Source: Bacteroidota bacterium (GTDB taxonomy: Bacteria; Bacteroidota; Ignavibacteria; UBA10030; BY39). Taken from it: a DNA stretch of 64,000 nt. The stretch covers positions 8,547 through 72,546 of the forward strand of contig JASEGV010000004.1 of the NCBI GenBank assembly GCA_030017895.1, given 5' to 3'. The translations under genes and the position numbers were made by a program. Within the stretch, counting starts at the first letter, position 1. Every line of letters starts with the position of its first letter. Positions 1-9,837 of the stretch are shown here, piece by piece. The notes under the pieces were generated by a model that worked only from the letters and a program-made list of their open reading frames with translations, did no database searches and was not told the origin of the DNA.

Positions 1-49
1 CACAAAGTTCCCCTCTTAATTTGTTTCTCCTTTATTACATATTTCAGGA

Positions 50-85
50 CAAAAAAAAGGGACAACTAAAAAATTAGTTGTCCCT
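50..85 (-). terminator. Intrinsic terminator downstream of the cytochrome gene
   Basis: Perfect 11-bp inverted repeat AGGGACAACTA (58-68) / TAGTTGTCCCT (75-85). On the minus strand the stem is followed by a T-run (A51-A57 on plus). Confidence 0.75.
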
Positions 86-108
86 CGAAAAATAAATACC
101 AGTTGTCC

Positions 109-1659
109 TTATTTCATCAACAACATCTTTTTTGTTTGGTTGTACTGATCAGTATCAAGACGATATATATAAACACCAGTTGCAACTAATTTACCGCTGA
201 CATCAGTGCCTTTCCACGTTGCTTGATGCTCACCGGCTGCATATTTTGCATCCGCAATTGTATTTATCAAACGTCCATCAATATCGAAGATAGTAATCTT
301 CACATTCGATTCTGTTGGTAATCCAAACTTAATCATAGTACTCGGGTTAAATGGGTTTGGATAATTTTGATTGAGATACCAAGCGCTTGGGATGTTTTTG
401 TCATCGCCAACATTAGTGATGATAATGGTTTTAGAGTGCATCCCTGTCGCATGACCGGAAGCCCATGTTAAATCTTTAGTCGTATGGCAACCCAAACATG
501 CAAAATCGAGTGTATGAGCCACGATGGAATCTGTTGGAATCTTTACGTTAAGAGAATCAGCAGTCCACATACCTGTGAATTTATTATCAGTTGTAGTTTT
601 AATCTTCCACATATGCGATGCCTGGTCGCCACGATTATCATTTTGTTTCACTGCAGTATTTCCGATATATGGCATGTGGCAATCTTTGCATTGATTGTGT
701 TGGAGCGTTACACCATCTTTGATAATATTAATTACTTTACTTTGGTGGCAGGAACAACCTTTTGCTATCGATTTTAAACCACCCCGGTCATAAACTGTGC
801 TCTTGTGTGGATCATGGCAAGTTACGCATGTCATATTTGCAGTACGACGATGTTTTGTGAAAACCATTTGGTCGTATTGTTCACGATGATCTAAAAATTG
901 CCCACCAGATTTTACAGGAATTCTTACACCAAGACCTCGAGCGTGACAAGTTTTGCAACCATTAAATCCATCTTTGGGAGGTTTGGTTGAAGGATTTTGA
1001 GTATGAGCTTTCGCTGGTCCGTGGCAGCCTTCGCATTGAACACCGAATTCAAAAAATGTCCCATCAAAACCAGGTTTATCTTCATAACGATATGGCGAAG
1101 TTGTTGCATCATATTTTTTCCAACCAGTAGTATGGCAACTCCCGCAAGTGTATAAGGCACCTGTTGGGGTGCGTAATGCAAATGTTTGATTTGCAACGTT
1201 TAAAGCATTATAAGCACTAAAAGTTTTAGGAGTACCTGGTAAGGTAGTCCCCAAATTAAATTGTGCTTTTGTCCCTTCAAAAATATAACCATTTTTGTTC
1301 ATCCAACGAGCCTTCCAGCCAAAACCGCCTATTAGATACGAGACACTTGAATCTTGGTAGAGATCATCATAACGATATCCAAGGGCTAAAGCTTCAGGTG
1401 CAAGTGGAACGCCGTATTCGTTTGTTCCGGTTGGGAATGGACGATAAACTCCGTCGATTCCAATTTTAGTTGGGTCGATTTTTTGAATTTTCCAAGGGTG
1501 TCCTGACTTGTTAAACTCTGCAAGGTCGATTGGTTTGGTAGATATATGGCAGCCGAAACATGCAGCTTTCCCTGCATAATCGGGCCAAGTAGCTTGACTG
1601 TTCGCTTCTGAAAAAGCAACCAAAAAAATTAAGATAAATAAAGTTGTAAAAATTTTCAT
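109..1659 (-). CDS. Secreted multiheme c-type cytochrome (7 CxxCH) with T9SS type-A C-terminal sorting domain
   Basis: 516-aa ORF with signal peptide MKIFTTLFILIFLVAFSEA. Heme motifs are CFGCH, CGSCH, CEGCH, CKTCH, CVTCH, CKDCH and CLGCH. The last ~85 aa (NQNYPNPFNPSTMIKF...GVYIYRL) match the Por/T9SS sorting-domain consensus. Confidence 0.85.
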   Translation of the reverse strand: MKIFTTLFILIFLVAFSEANSQATWPDYAGKAACFGCHISTKPIDLAEFNKSGHPWKIQKIDPTKIGIDGVYRPFPTGTNEYGVPLAPEALALGYRYDDLYQDSSVSYLIGGFGWKARWMNKNGYIFEGTKAQFNLGTTLPGTPKTFSAYNALNVANQTFALRTPTGALYTCGSCHTTGWKKYDATTSPYRYEDKPGFDGTFFEFGVQCEGCHGPAKAHTQNPSTKPPKDGFNGCKTCHARGLGVRIPVKSGGQFLDHREQYDQMVFTKHRRTANMTCVTCHDPHKSTVYDRGGLKSIAKGCSCHQSKVINIIKDGVTLQHNQCKDCHMPYIGNTAVKQNDNRGDQASHMWKIKTTTDNKFTGMWTADSLNVKIPTDSIVAHTLDFACLGCHTTKDLTWASGHATGMHSKTIIITNVGDDKNIPSAWYLNQNYPNPFNPSTMIKFGLPTESNVKITIFDIDGRLINTIADAKYAAGEHQATWKGTDVSGKLVATGVYIYRLDTDQYNQTKKMLLMK

Positions 1660-1952
1660 AAAAACCTCCTATTTATTTTTTTTGACATATAGTTATTTAA
1701 TAATATTTTTAATTTAATAATATTTATTACTGCTGCCATCAATATAAATTACATCGGCAATATAACGAACTGATTATATAAAGTCAAGTATTATGCCACT
1801 ATAACCCTCTTTTTTAAAGTATTAAATTAAGAACAAATCTATCAAATTGAATGGAAAATTGCGTTTTTGGGATAAAAATATTTATTTCTAACAATAATCA
1901 TTTTCAATTCTGAATAAATGCAGTTAACAATTTATTAATTTCGATAAATTTA

Positions 1953-3137
1953 TTAGTCTTGTTTCCCAATTGGAAATCTTTTCCCTTTACTGTTTGGATA
2001 AAAACTCCCCGCATTTTTTAATGGTGAAGTACTATCAAGCATATAATTTTTTTCAGGAATAAATAGTGGATCCACCGATAGATTACCCTTAATTCCCGTC
2101 AAGTCTTTGGTAAACCTATAATTGCCCATAATATTATTCCACACATTATTGAATGAGAATTCCACATTAACTGGATTGCCGTTCATCCAATAACCAACTT
2201 GCGGACAAACCCATTCGTCGCGCCAGCCATTATTTGTAATTATATTGTTATAAATTTTACCCACGGCAGTACTTTCCCAAACTGCAATACCACAATTCCC
2301 ATTTTTGTCAACAACATTGTTTGCTACTTCCATAGTCGATGAACCTGTAATTACAATTCCCCATCCCAGATTTTCAAACACGATATTGTTTTTAACTATT
2401 GCGCTTGAGTTTCCGAAAGTTCCAATTCCTTTCCAATAATATGAGACGCTGTTTTTCATGACGGTTGCTTTTGCATCCCAGGTAATTCCTATGCCTACGC
2501 CCCTGCCCTGTTCGATAGTATTCTCCTGGATAACAGCAATGGCACCACGATAAAGAGCTATCCCATCCCAACTGTTGTTCCGGATGAGGCATTTTTCGAT
2601 GATTAATTCAGAATTTTCGCGACCAACAATTCCAGAAATACCAACGACGGTATCATCTGAATATTCCTCGTTATCTTTGACGTGAACATTTTTTATGTGG
2701 ACGATACTGTTTTTTGTTACAATTCCTCCGTTCGTAGCATTAGCGTCTCTATCACGTTTACCACCGCTAATCGTTAAATTGCAAATCGATGAACCGCCGC
2801 TATTCTGAAACAGGAAGCCATATCCGGCATTCGTGATAAGTTTTGTTTTGAACGGACCGGCACCTTTGATTACAACAGCTTTACCCTCTACAATAAAACC
2901 TGTAGTTGCTGTTACATTTGTATTTTGTTGACTGCAATTACCGCACTCTTCTTCGATATACGATCGTGGAAGTGCTTTGAATTCACCCTCATAAATTAAT
3001 ATTGTATCACCGTCAACAGAAATATCGATTGCAGTCTGCAAACTTTCGCCTTTTTTAACTTCGATGGTTCTGTTACCCGATAAAACATTAGAGTGAATTA
3101 AGATAATCGTTAATCCAAATATTATTAAATTTTTCAT
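1953..3137 (-). CDS. Secreted right-handed parallel beta-helix repeat protein (NosD/pectin-lyase-fold like)
   Basis: 394-aa ORF with a signal peptide. It has many periodic N/G/I-rich ~22-aa repeats (NNIV..N..GI.., e.g. VKNNIVFENLGWGIVITG, ANNVVDKNGNCGIAVW, YNNIITNNGW). Confidence 0.6.
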   Translation of the reverse strand: MKNLIIFGLTIILIHSNVLSGNRTIEVKKGESLQTAIDISVDGDTILIYEGEFKALPRSYIEEECGNCSQQNTNVTATTGFIVEGKAVVIKGAGPFKTKLITNAGYGFLFQNSGGSSICNLTISGGKRDRDANATNGGIVTKNSIVHIKNVHVKDNEEYSDDTVVGISGIVGRENSELIIEKCLIRNNSWDGIALYRGAIAVIQENTIEQGRGVGIGITWDAKATVMKNSVSYYWKGIGTFGNSSAIVKNNIVFENLGWGIVITGSSTMEVANNVVDKNGNCGIAVWESTAVGKIYNNIITNNGWRDEWVCPQVGYWMNGNPVNVEFSFNNVWNNIMGNYRFTKDLTGIKGNLSVDPLFIPEKNYMLDSTSPLKNAGSFYPNSKGKRFPIGKQD

Positions 3138-3617
3138 TTACTCCTCAGCCTGAGTTTCAAGTTTAATTACTTTGTAAGCTTTTAAAATATCTCTCCCAAA
3201 GAAAAGTAATCCCATCAGAACTGAAACCAGTCCGATTAAAAAGGAAAATATTGGTAAGATTTGTACAAATTCATGCGGGATGAAAAAGAACAAAGCTATT
3301 AGGAGAGATGTTAGAACAAAAAATATAGCCCCAATGATTTCGAAAAGGATAGCATTACGCAAAATGAAGGCGCGTGTTGAAAGCTCCTGCATTTGTTGGC
3401 GGACGCTGTGGAACCTGATATTTTCCGAATAGTCCAAGTCTTTCCCGGAAACTAATTGTTTCTGTAATCGACGTCGTTCTTCGTTCAATAATCGGATGCG
3501 ATTGACAATAAATGAATACCGGTTTTGAAGCCCAAGAAGAATTAGCCCGCAGCTTGAAATCATTATTGCCGGGGCTAAAATTGCTTGAATTATCTGTGTA
3601 GCAGAAATATCGAACAT
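3138..3617 (-). CDS. DUF2721-like membrane protein
   Basis: 159 aa. Hydrophobic N-terminus, then NRYSFIVNRIRLLNEERRRL, then two C-terminal TM segments, which is the typical DUF2721 layout. Its stop abuts the start of the beta-helix gene. Confidence 0.5.
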   Translation of the reverse strand: MFDISATQIIQAILAPAIMISSCGLILLGLQNRYSFIVNRIRLLNEERRRLQKQLVSGKDLDYSENIRFHSVRQQMQELSTRAFILRNAILFEIIGAIFFVLTSLLIALFFFIPHEFVQILPIFSFLIGLVSVLMGLLFFGRDILKAYKVIKLETQAEE

Positions 3618-3640
3618 CGGAATATGTTATTTATGTAAGA

Positions 3641-5707
3641 TTATTTGACAATTGCACCGTTGGATATTTCTCCAGCGGTTGTTACAAAAACAAGTTTCCC
3701 ATCAGTATCTGACGCCGCGAGCAGCATCCCTTGCGAGTCGGTTCCCATTAATTTTGTTGGCTGAAGATTCGCGACAACAATTATTTTTTTCCCGATTAAA
3801 TCGCTTGGTTTATAATGTTGAGCGATACCGGCAACCAACTGCCGTTTTTCAGCACCTAATAAAATCTGTAACTTTAACAATTTTTCTGATTTTGGAACTT
3901 TCTCACATTCCATAACCGTTGCAACGCGTAAATCGATTTTTTTAAAATCTTCAATCGTAATTGTAGGTTTAATTTCTACCACTTGAACATCTGAAGACTT
4001 GTTGGGAACGCTTAATTTATCCAATTCTTTTTGTATAATTTCGTCTTCAATTTTGGTAAAGAGAATTTCAGAAATTCCTAATTTGGTACCCGGTTTTAAT
4101 TCTAATTTCGCTGCGTTATTCCAACTGAAGTTTTCGCTGGTAACCGGCAAATTAAACAATGAATGTATTCGATGCGCCACACCGGGTATAACGGGTTGAA
4201 ATAAAATAGAAAGTGTCCGAACTGCTTGTAGGCTAATGTTGATTGTTGTAGAACATTTTTCAGGATTATTCTTATTTGTTTTCCAGGGTTCGCTATCGTT
4301 AAAATATTTATTGGCAGAACGAGCGAGGTTCATAGTTTCGAGTACCGCCTCACGGAATTTATATTTTTCAATTAAGTTACCTACCGTCTCGGGTTTGAGC
4401 GTAAGTTCATTCACGAAAGCATTATCCAAATCAGAGAGTTCGTGTAATTGAGGAACAACGCCCTCAAAATTTTTATGAACAAAAGTAAACGTGCGATTTA
4501 CAAAATTACCGAGGATATCGGCTAACTCGTTGTTATGCTTCGCTTGAAAATCTTTCCAATAAAAATCGGAATCGCGTGATTCGGGCATATTGACCGCAAG
4601 AGCATATCGCAGCGAATCGGCAGGATATTTTTCTAAAAACTCATCTACATCAACACCCCATCCGCGGCTTTTCGAAAACTTTTGTCCTTCCAAATTCAAG
4701 AATTCATTGGCGGGTACATTTGTAGGAAGTACATATTTAATATCGCTATTATCGTTCCATGCCATCAACATTGCCGGAAAAACTATACAATGGAACACAA
4801 CATTATCTTTTCCGATGAACGCTACATACTTTGTATCATCTTTCGTCCAATAATCTTTCCACTTTTCGTTACCGTTCTTTTGCGACCATTCTTTTGTACT
4901 CGAAATATAACCTAACACTGCATCGAACCACACATACAAAACCTTATCCTTATAACCTTCTAACGGAACTTCCACCCCCCATTGCAAATCGCGCGTAACT
5001 GCTCGGTCTTGGAGACCATCGTTGAACCAGGATTGACAATACTTAATAACATTATCGCGCCAACCGTCTTCAGTATTTTTTTTATCTATATAATTTTTGA
5101 GTCGTTGCTGATAATCGCCGAGAGGAAAATACCAATGCGAGGTTTCACGCACAATCGGAGTATCGCCGCTGATTTTACTTTTCGGGTCGATCAAATCGGT
5201 CGGATTTAAAAAAGTGCCGCATTTTTCGCACTGATCGCCACGGGCATCGGGTGCTTTACAAGTCGGGCAGGTTCCTTCCACATATCTATCAGGTAAAAAC
5301 ATCCTCGCTTTTTGGTCGTAAAGTTGCTTCTCAATTTTTTCTTTTAATATCCCTGCTCTGTGCATCTTTATAAAAAATTCCTGTGCAATAGAATGGTGCA
5401 GCGGAAGCGAAGTTCGTGAGTAATTATCGAAACTCATCCCGAATTTTCCGAAAGCTTTTTTATTCAACTCGTGATATCTATCTACGATTGCCTGAGGTGT
5501 TGTTTTCTCGTTTTCCGCAGTGATCGTAATAGGAACGCCGTGTTCATCGGAGCCGCAAATAAAAAGTACATCACGTTTTTGTAACCTTTGATAACGGGCA
5601 TAAATATCAGCCGGTAAATATGCGCCGGCTAAATGACCTAAATGTATTTTACCGTTTGCGTATGGTAACGCTGCGGTAATTAAAATTCTTTTATACTCTT
5701 TTTTCAT
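3641..5707 (-). CDS. metG: Methionine--tRNA ligase with C-terminal EMAP/Trbp111-like tRNA-binding domain
   Basis: Class I HIGH motif (PYANGKIHLGHL), KMSKS-like KFSKS, a CxxC...CxxC zinc knuckle, and a C-terminal DLRVATV...KLLKLQI domain. Start moved to ATG 5707 (MKKEYKRILIT); the track's 5752 start would overlap the upstream gene. Confidence 0.95.
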   Translation of the reverse strand: MKKEYKRILITAALPYANGKIHLGHLAGAYLPADIYARYQRLQKRDVLFICGSDEHGVPITITAENEKTTPQAIVDRYHELNKKAFGKFGMSFDNYSRTSLPLHHSIAQEFFIKMHRAGILKEKIEKQLYDQKARMFLPDRYVEGTCPTCKAPDARGDQCEKCGTFLNPTDLIDPKSKISGDTPIVRETSHWYFPLGDYQQRLKNYIDKKNTEDGWRDNVIKYCQSWFNDGLQDRAVTRDLQWGVEVPLEGYKDKVLYVWFDAVLGYISSTKEWSQKNGNEKWKDYWTKDDTKYVAFIGKDNVVFHCIVFPAMLMAWNDNSDIKYVLPTNVPANEFLNLEGQKFSKSRGWGVDVDEFLEKYPADSLRYALAVNMPESRDSDFYWKDFQAKHNNELADILGNFVNRTFTFVHKNFEGVVPQLHELSDLDNAFVNELTLKPETVGNLIEKYKFREAVLETMNLARSANKYFNDSEPWKTNKNNPEKCSTTINISLQAVRTLSILFQPVIPGVAHRIHSLFNLPVTSENFSWNNAAKLELKPGTKLGISEILFTKIEDEIIQKELDKLSVPNKSSDVQVVEIKPTITIEDFKKIDLRVATVMECEKVPKSEKLLKLQILLGAEKRQLVAGIAQHYKPSDLIGKKIIVVANLQPTKLMGTDSQGMLLAASDTDGKLVFVTTAGEISNGAIVK

Positions 5708-5712
5708 TTGAT

Positions 5713-6495
5713 TTATTGTTCGAATACCAAACAGCATTTCAACCTGCCACATTGTCCCGAAAGTTTCAGCGGATTATGAGATAATCCTTGTTGAGCAACG
5801 TGTTGAGAAGAAATCCGTTCAAAGTCGTGTAACCAAATTGTGCAACAAATTTGTCTGCCGCAAACACCGATACCACCTACTCTTTTAGTTTCATCCCGTA
5901 CACCAATCTGTCGCATCTCGATGCGTGTATGGTAAACGAAAGCCAAGTCTTTCACTAATTCACGAAAGTCTATTCGGTGTTCGGCTGTGTAGTAGAAAGT
6001 CATCCGGTTCAAATCGAATTGGTATTCAACATCAACCAGACGCATCGACAACTGATGTTTTGATATTTTTTCGAGGGCTATGTTAAAAGTTTCGGCTTCC
6101 TTTGTTCGATTCTCTTGGAGCTGTTGTAAATCGCCTTCGTTTGCTAACCTGATAATTTTTTTTAACTCACCGCAGTTTCCCTTTTTTGTCTGCATTTTTA
6201 AGAAGGCGAGATTCCCTGTCGATACAACCATCCCGATGTCGCAACCCCTGTCGGCTTCAACAATTACATAAGTATTAATCTGAATACTCAATCCATTCTG
6301 CACACAATAAAAATCGCACCGGTCTGCTTTGAATTTAATGAGGGCATAACTAATTTCGGTAGTTACATTTTGTTGGGTTTCTTGAGGGCACTGTTTGCAA
6401 TGAACATTCCCGTTTTGAGAATAATATTCATCAGGAAAGTTATTTCCTTTTGAATTTGTCTTCTCGTTTTCCTGCGGATACTTATTCTGATGCAC
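5713..6495 (-). CDS. PSP1 domain protein (RicT/YaaT family)
   Basis: 260 aa. The segment TFYYTAEHRIDFRELVKDLAFVYHTRIEMRQIGVRDETKRVGGIGVCGRQICC is the characteristic PSP1 C-terminal domain. Adjacency to holB is the conserved arrangement. Confidence 0.8.
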   Translation of the reverse strand: MHQNKYPQENEKTNSKGNNFPDEYYSQNGNVHCKQCPQETQQNVTTEISYALIKFKADRCDFYCVQNGLSIQINTYVIVEADRGCDIGMVVSTGNLAFLKMQTKKGNCGELKKIIRLANEGDLQQLQENRTKEAETFNIALEKISKHQLSMRLVDVEYQFDLNRMTFYYTAEHRIDFRELVKDLAFVYHTRIEMRQIGVRDETKRVGGIGVCGRQICCTIWLHDFERISSQHVAQQGLSHNPLKLSGQCGRLKCCLVFEQ

Positions 6496-6505
6496 TAATA
6501 GAACC

Positions 6506-7627
6506 TTAATTTTTAACTAAAATAATACGTCTTATTTTAATAACCATTACTGTAATAATCAATTTAATATATACATTTTTTTTGAGAAGTAAAAGAGCTT
6601 TTTCAATTTCTTTAAAAACAGCGTAGATATCGAAATTTTTATAGATAGCGTTAAATTTTTCAAGACGGGTTTTTTGGTCAACGTTTAAAACTTGATCGCT
6701 CCCAGTCGAGAGTGTATGCACATCACGGAACCAAACCTGCAGCAGTAAAAGCAACTGTTCGATTTCAGCCCGATCGTTTTCTTTTGTCATTTTTTCTATT
6801 TCCTCTGAAATCTTCACAGTGTTTTGAGTAAGAATGATCGCCAAAAAATCCACAAGCTGATTCCGTTTTGCATTCAAATTAGTTTGCATTAACTGCAAAG
6901 CGTGCGTGTAACTTCCATTTGATAGACGTGAGATGATTTTGCTCTGCTGTTCATCTAAGTTTTCGCGACTTTGAAGTGCGTCAGATATTTCATCTTCCTT
7001 TAAATCTTCAAATCGAATTAATTGGCATCGTGAAATAATTGTGGGAAGTAATGCGTCTTTGTTCGATGTTGTGAGAATCAATACGGTTTCGCCCAGAGGT
7101 TCTTCAAGGGTTTTTAATAACGCATTAGACGATTGTTCATTCATTTTTTCTGCATCGAAGATTATGATTACTTTCCTTCCTTGCGATAAAACACTGAGTG
7201 CAGATTTTTTCCTTATTTCCCTGATGCTTGTAATTTTTATGAAATTGGCTCTTTCAATTGAGATTTTATGATAAGGATTCTTGGCTTTAGCTGCTAACTC
7301 GGAATAAACTTGTGAAAGTTCTTCTGGCGTTAATTTTTCGAGTGGAAAATCATCGGATAATTCACTCTTACCTACCGGAAGAGGAAACACGAGGTGAACA
7401 TTAGGGTGTTGAAGGATACTAACCTTATGACAATCGGGGCAAGAATTGCAGGAATCGGTTAATGCAGTTTTACAATTAAGGATTTTTGCGATTTGAATGG
7501 CTGCCGCATCTTTGCCAACACCGTCGCCACCGTATAAAAGCAACGAATGTGGTAAACGATTTTGTTCGAGATGCTTTTGAATTATTCTCTTAGCTCGATT
7601 TTGTCCTATAACTATATCCCAGCTCAT
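6506..7627 (-). CDS. holB: DNA polymerase III subunit delta'
   Basis: AAA+ clamp-loader N-terminus (LLLYGGDGVGKDAAAIQIAKILNC), a zinc module CNSCPDCHK, and an SRC-like motif (IISRCQLIRF). Start set to ATG 7627 (MSWDIV), immediately after the bamA stop. Confidence 0.8.
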   Translation of the reverse strand: MSWDIVIGQNRAKRIIQKHLEQNRLPHSLLLYGGDGVGKDAAAIQIAKILNCKTALTDSCNSCPDCHKVSILQHPNVHLVFPLPVGKSELSDDFPLEKLTPEELSQVYSELAAKAKNPYHKISIERANFIKITSIREIRKKSALSVLSQGRKVIIIFDAEKMNEQSSNALLKTLEEPLGETVLILTTSNKDALLPTIISRCQLIRFEDLKEDEISDALQSRENLDEQQSKIISRLSNGSYTHALQLMQTNLNAKRNQLVDFLAIILTQNTVKISEEIEKMTKENDRAEIEQLLLLLQVWFRDVHTLSTGSDQVLNVDQKTRLEKFNAIYKNFDIYAVFKEIEKALLLLKKNVYIKLIITVMVIKIRRIILVKN

Positions 7628-7628
7628 A

Positions 7629-9752
7629 TTAGAATGCGTGTCCAATTCCGAAATTTAAAACTCCATTATAGAGTGTTTCGTTAAAAAATTTTTTCTGATA
7701 GATCCATTTTTTCCCTGCAATTTCCATCGGGTCGTAAACTCTAATCCCGAAATCAAACCTCACCGGTCCAACAAAAGTATCGTATCTGATACCTACTCCG
7801 GAAGCAATTGCTACATCTTTGATGTTTACGTCTTTGAAATTATTCCACAGGTTCCCATAATCTAAAAAATAAACAGCCCATAAGTTTTCCAGATTTAAAA
7901 TCCATAATTTCCCAAATCCGCGCATGTGGTTTATGCGAAGTTCGGTGTTACCTTCAAATAGGAAATTTCCACCTAATGGGATTTCGCGTTGCAGCATTGA
8001 GCCAAGCTCACGATTTTTCCAACCACGCACGCTTCCACTTCCTCCTGCAAAAAATCTCCTATTCAATGGAATTGATATATTTTGATTTAGTTTGCTTTCA
8101 CCATATTTATCCTGATATCCGGCTTTCAGTTTTACAGCTAAAATATTAAATTTTGTCCGCGATAAATCTTTATACCACCTTCCAAATAAAGTTACCTTGT
8201 AGTATTGAGTGAATGGAAGTGACTGCTGAATAGTTTTTAAAACATTTTGGAGAATTCCTGACTCCTCAATGGATGCGGCATGAAAAAAACCTTCTGTTGG
8301 TGAAAACATATCGTTGGTTTTATCCCTCTGCAAAGTAAAACTCAGAATAGAGTTAAACTGCGGTTGCTCCTCTTGCTTCAAACGGGTGATGCTCAATCCT
8401 GTTTTAATCGTATCCTCGATCCAATTAACGTCCGATCGTTCTAATATCCAATCAATAAATCCGGTTGTATAAGTAGCAAATTGATTAATCAACCCGATTT
8501 TATTTCGAACGAGTGTAACAAAGTAAAAGTTTTTTTTATCAGCGATTAACGATAATGACCACGTTCCATTTAGTGTACGTGTGAAAAGGTAAGGTTGAAT
8601 TATCTGAAAATTCAAATCTACTTTACCCTGGACTGAATTGTCTTTCAAGCCGTACTTACCGAAAACCCTTCCAAAATTCCACTCTTGCACTGATTGCGTA
8701 TTGAAACGTAATCGTAAATTAAAATTCCGGGCATCACCAAGAAAATTTCGGTTGGTATATCCAAGACCTAAACCCAAATTAAATACGTTATCTTCATCCG
8801 ATAGAATTACTTCGGGGGCAATTTCGTGTTTATCTCTTGGCTTCACACGAACGCTAATCGGGAGCAAATCGCCAATCGTAGTAACAGCAATTTCCGGAAT
8901 CTCAACTCGGGCTGCCTCAAACAAACCTAACCTGTTTAAATTCCTTTCAGATGATATTACTTTATTTTTACTTATTAACTCTCCCGATTTAAAATCTAAA
9001 TGTTTTGTAATAATCTTATTTGTTATATCCTCACGAGGGGGTTCAACAACTATACTTAATTCTCCGAATTTATATTTTTTACCGGGGAGTATTGCATACG
9101 TGATTTTAAATCTGTTAGTCGAGAAGTATCTGATTGCAGTTGAACTTTCGGGCAGTATAGTAACCAGAGGATATCCACTGTTTGAAATAATCTCAGTTAT
9201 TCTTGTGGCTTCGTCGTTGATTTTAGATTTTTCGTAAGGACTTCCTACTTTAATCTTTGGTTCCAAGAATATTTCATTCAGCACCTTTTGATCTATACTT
9301 TCAATCCCTCTGTATTCTACGGTATCGATATACGATCGTTCATTTTCATCTATCTTCAAATCAATTTTGATTACAGTAGTGTCGGAATTGTATGAATACG
9401 ATGAAGCGGCATTCAGATTAAAGAATCCATAATCGTGATAGAGTTGTTTCAAGCGTTCAATATCAGAATAATAAACATCTTGATAAAAATATTCTGTTTG
9501 TCTTCCAAATTTTTCGCCAAATATGTTATACAAGAATTTTGAAAAAGCGCCTGGTGATATTTTTGTAATAAAAGTTTCTAAAATTGTTTTATCATCAAAG
9601 AACTTATTACCCGATAATTCAATATTATTTACTTCAAGAGGCTTCTCTGATACTACATCTTGAGAAAACAACGGAAGGGAAAACAAATAGATTAATACGA
9701 GTAAATAAATACTAATTCTGCAATGGTAATTATATTTGATTAAAAATATCAA
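7629..9752 (-). CDS. bamA: Outer membrane protein assembly factor BamA-like (POTRA repeats + Omp85 barrel)
   Basis: 707 aa with a signal sequence and repeated POTRA-like segments. The C-terminal beta-barrel ends in an aromatic residue (..NFGIGHAF). The start is a TTG, so the start is uncertain. Confidence 0.75.
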   Translation of the reverse strand: MIFLIKYNYHCRISIYLLVLIYLFSLPLFSQDVVSEKPLEVNNIELSGNKFFDDKTILETFITKISPGAFSKFLYNIFGEKFGRQTEYFYQDVYYSDIERLKQLYHDYGFFNLNAASSYSYNSDTTVIKIDLKIDENERSYIDTVEYRGIESIDQKVLNEIFLEPKIKVGSPYEKSKINDEATRITEIISNSGYPLVTILPESSTAIRYFSTNRFKITYAILPGKKYKFGELSIVVEPPREDITNKIITKHLDFKSGELISKNKVISSERNLNRLGLFEAARVEIPEIAVTTIGDLLPISVRVKPRDKHEIAPEVILSDEDNVFNLGLGLGYTNRNFLGDARNFNLRLRFNTQSVQEWNFGRVFGKYGLKDNSVQGKVDLNFQIIQPYLFTRTLNGTWSLSLIADKKNFYFVTLVRNKIGLINQFATYTTGFIDWILERSDVNWIEDTIKTGLSITRLKQEEQPQFNSILSFTLQRDKTNDMFSPTEGFFHAASIEESGILQNVLKTIQQSLPFTQYYKVTLFGRWYKDLSRTKFNILAVKLKAGYQDKYGESKLNQNISIPLNRRFFAGGSGSVRGWKNRELGSMLQREIPLGGNFLFEGNTELRINHMRGFGKLWILNLENLWAVYFLDYGNLWNNFKDVNIKDVAIASGVGIRYDTFVGPVRFDFGIRVYDPMEIAGKKWIYQKKFFNETLYNGVLNFGIGHAF

Positions 9753-9764
9753 GTGGGTTCAGTT

Positions 9765-9800
9765 TATAAAAAAACCCATCCGGTTGAACAAGATGGGTTT
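9765..9800 (-). terminator. Intrinsic terminator after the DUF2795 gene
   Basis: AAACCCATC (9772-9780) / GATGGGTTT (9792-9800) forms a 9-bp stem. On the minus strand a T-run follows (A-run 9766-9771 on plus). Confidence 0.7.
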
Positions 9801-9837
9801 CTTAGTAAAGGTTTATAAAATTTATTAAGATTCAAAT

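Noticed and set aside
700-760. GCSCH in the cytochrome (..AKGCSCHQ..) as an eighth heme-binding site.
   Set aside because: It is CxCH, not CxxCH. Without structural or family evidence I count only the seven canonical motifs.
1660-1952. A possible riboswitch or regulatory RNA in the 290-bp spacer upstream of the multiheme cytochrome gene. The short spacers upstream of lysS, metG and the transsulfuration genes were also checked (T-box, SAM, lysine).
   Set aside because: The sequence is extremely AT-rich, with no conserved riboswitch core motifs or stable helices that I could recognise. The other spacers are too short (5-70 nt) to hold an aptamer.
5708-5752. N-terminal extensions proposed by the ORF track. 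Examples are metG to 5752, holB to 7645, csp to 17444, the hexapeptide protein to 19114, S41 to 21606, larB from 29981, lptE from 37843 and SRAP from 43708.
   Set aside because: The extensions overlap upstream genes or terminators and add non-conserved residues. Internal ATGs with an RBS, or canonical family N-termini (for example MCGRF for SRAP), fit better.
8638-9237. 199-aa plus-strand ORF in the track, plus similar long antisense ORFs at 12801-13337, 32782-33147, 57070-57444, 60371-60886 and 61208-61696.
   Set aside because: Each lies entirely inside, and antisense to, a gene with clear family motifs (bamA, xer, CaCA, SPOR protein, cyclophilin, uppP). The translations are low-complexity (S/L/F/I/K-rich) with no motifs. 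They are typical shadow ORFs of AT-rich DNA.
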